DNA of 64,000 bases, taken from contig CAKKNE010000005.1 in assembly GCA_918797485.1 (NCBI GenBank), positions 3,782,001 to 3,846,000 on the forward strand, in the 5' to 3' direction. This DNA comes from Pelagomonas calceolata (Eukaryota). The notes below the pieces were generated by a model that saw only the letters and a program-made list of their open reading frames with translations, was not told the DNA's origin and did no database searches. This document shows positions 63,181 to 64,000 of the stretch, piece after piece. Positions within the stretch are counted from its first letter, which is position 1; the number at the start of each line of letters is the position of its first letter. The position numbers and the translations under genes are program-made.

Positions 63181-64000
63181 ATGCCCGCCGTGCGCCACGC
63201 CCGGCGGCGGCGCCGCCGCCTCCTGGCAGCCCTGGCCTGTACCTTGTCGAGCGCGAACGGCCTCACGATACCCGTGATAGACAAGGCCGAGAGAGCCGCG
63301 CGGGCGACGCTGGCGAAGTGGTCCCTGGAAGATGCCAAGTTAAGACGTCAAGTGCAACGAGAATTGCGCGCCGAGGCGCTGCGCGAGGAAGCGTTGCGCG
63401 AGGAAGGTGTCGTCGGCCAATCTGTGGACCCCGAGGTGTCGGGCGTCATCCAGCAGCTGTCGAGCTGGGCCGGGCGCGTGCTGGACGAGGAGGAATATAG
63501 AGCGGCGCGCATCGTCGAGTCGCAGGGGGCCGTGGTACGGCCGGCCGACGCGCCGTTGGACGTCCGAGGACCGCTCGGCGACCTCGAGGCGTCGCTGTCG
63601 AAACCGATTGAGCTAGAAGAGGCCTGGGCCAACACTCTGGACGCGCTGACGCAGCTTTTCGCATCGATCAAGCAGGAGGTCGACAGAATGATCTCCTCAG
63701 AGAATACACGTACGGAGCGGTCCCAGGCGCTAGGGGCGCGCTTGCGGCCCTTGGACGCGCCTCCTTCGTTGTTAGGAGATTTGGAGGGGTTTGTCGATGC
63801 GGTCTACCGAGAAGAGCGAGCTCGGGTCGATTCGTCAACCATTAGACCCCAGGACCTCCCCGCGAAGCGACGAGGGCCATTAGCACGAGCGGAGCGCTGG
63901 CTCACGTCGTTCCTCGCGGAAGTCGACCGCTACGAGAAGAAGCGCGCCAATATCATCAAGAAGGTCGCCAAGCGGCCGATGGAGGCCGCGCCCGAGTCAG
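63181..64000 (+). CDS. Hypothetical protein, 5' part (runs off window)
   Basis: Frame from ATG 63181 (MPAVRHARRRRRRLLAALAC...) appears open to the window end; it is absent from the ORF track, consistent with no stop in the window. Confidence 0.55.
   Translation, partial: MPAVRHARRRRRRLLAALACTLSSANGLTIPVIDKAERAARATLAKWSLEDAKLRRQVQRELRAEALREEALREEGVVGQSVDPEVSGVIQQLSSWAGRVLDEEEYRAARIVESQGAVVRPADAPLDVRGPLGDLEASLSKPIELEEAWANTLDALTQLFASIKQEVDRMISSENTRTERSQALGARLRPLDAPPSLLGDLEGFVDAVYREERARVDSSTIRPQDLPAKRRGPLARAERWLTSFLAEVDRYEKKRANIIKKVAKRPMEAAPES

Overview
Gene-dense, GC-rich eukaryotic nuclear DNA from a photosynthetic stramenopile, most likely a pelagophyte (Pelagomonas/Aureococcus-like). This assignment is an inference from an LHC gene with an ASAF-type bipartite leader, spliceosomal introns, introner-like TIR elements and a MYND-RINGv-TPR gene. 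About 45 protein genes and 14 introns (4 with GC donors) can be modelled by eye, and most ORF-track entries are GC shadow ORFs. No rRNA, tRNA or CRISPR was seen. The main non-obvious structures are as follows. (1) A small membrane-protein gene is split by a predicted 4.27-kb GC-AG intron (4068-8332). The intron ends carry a 60-bp inverted repeat and a 23-bp exon duplication that differs only at synonymous sites, and it encloses an antisense gene with an MBD-like domain. (2) A bipartite element GCTAGCG-N3-5-GTAAGACACTAGC occurs 17 times, always upstream of gene starts. (3) Three introner-like introns have CCTGYGTGGAAATCAA termini, one of them with a nested second repeat. (4) A CGCCATCGACGCGA motif recurs in introns in both orientations. 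Splice models are by-eye predictions without transcript evidence.
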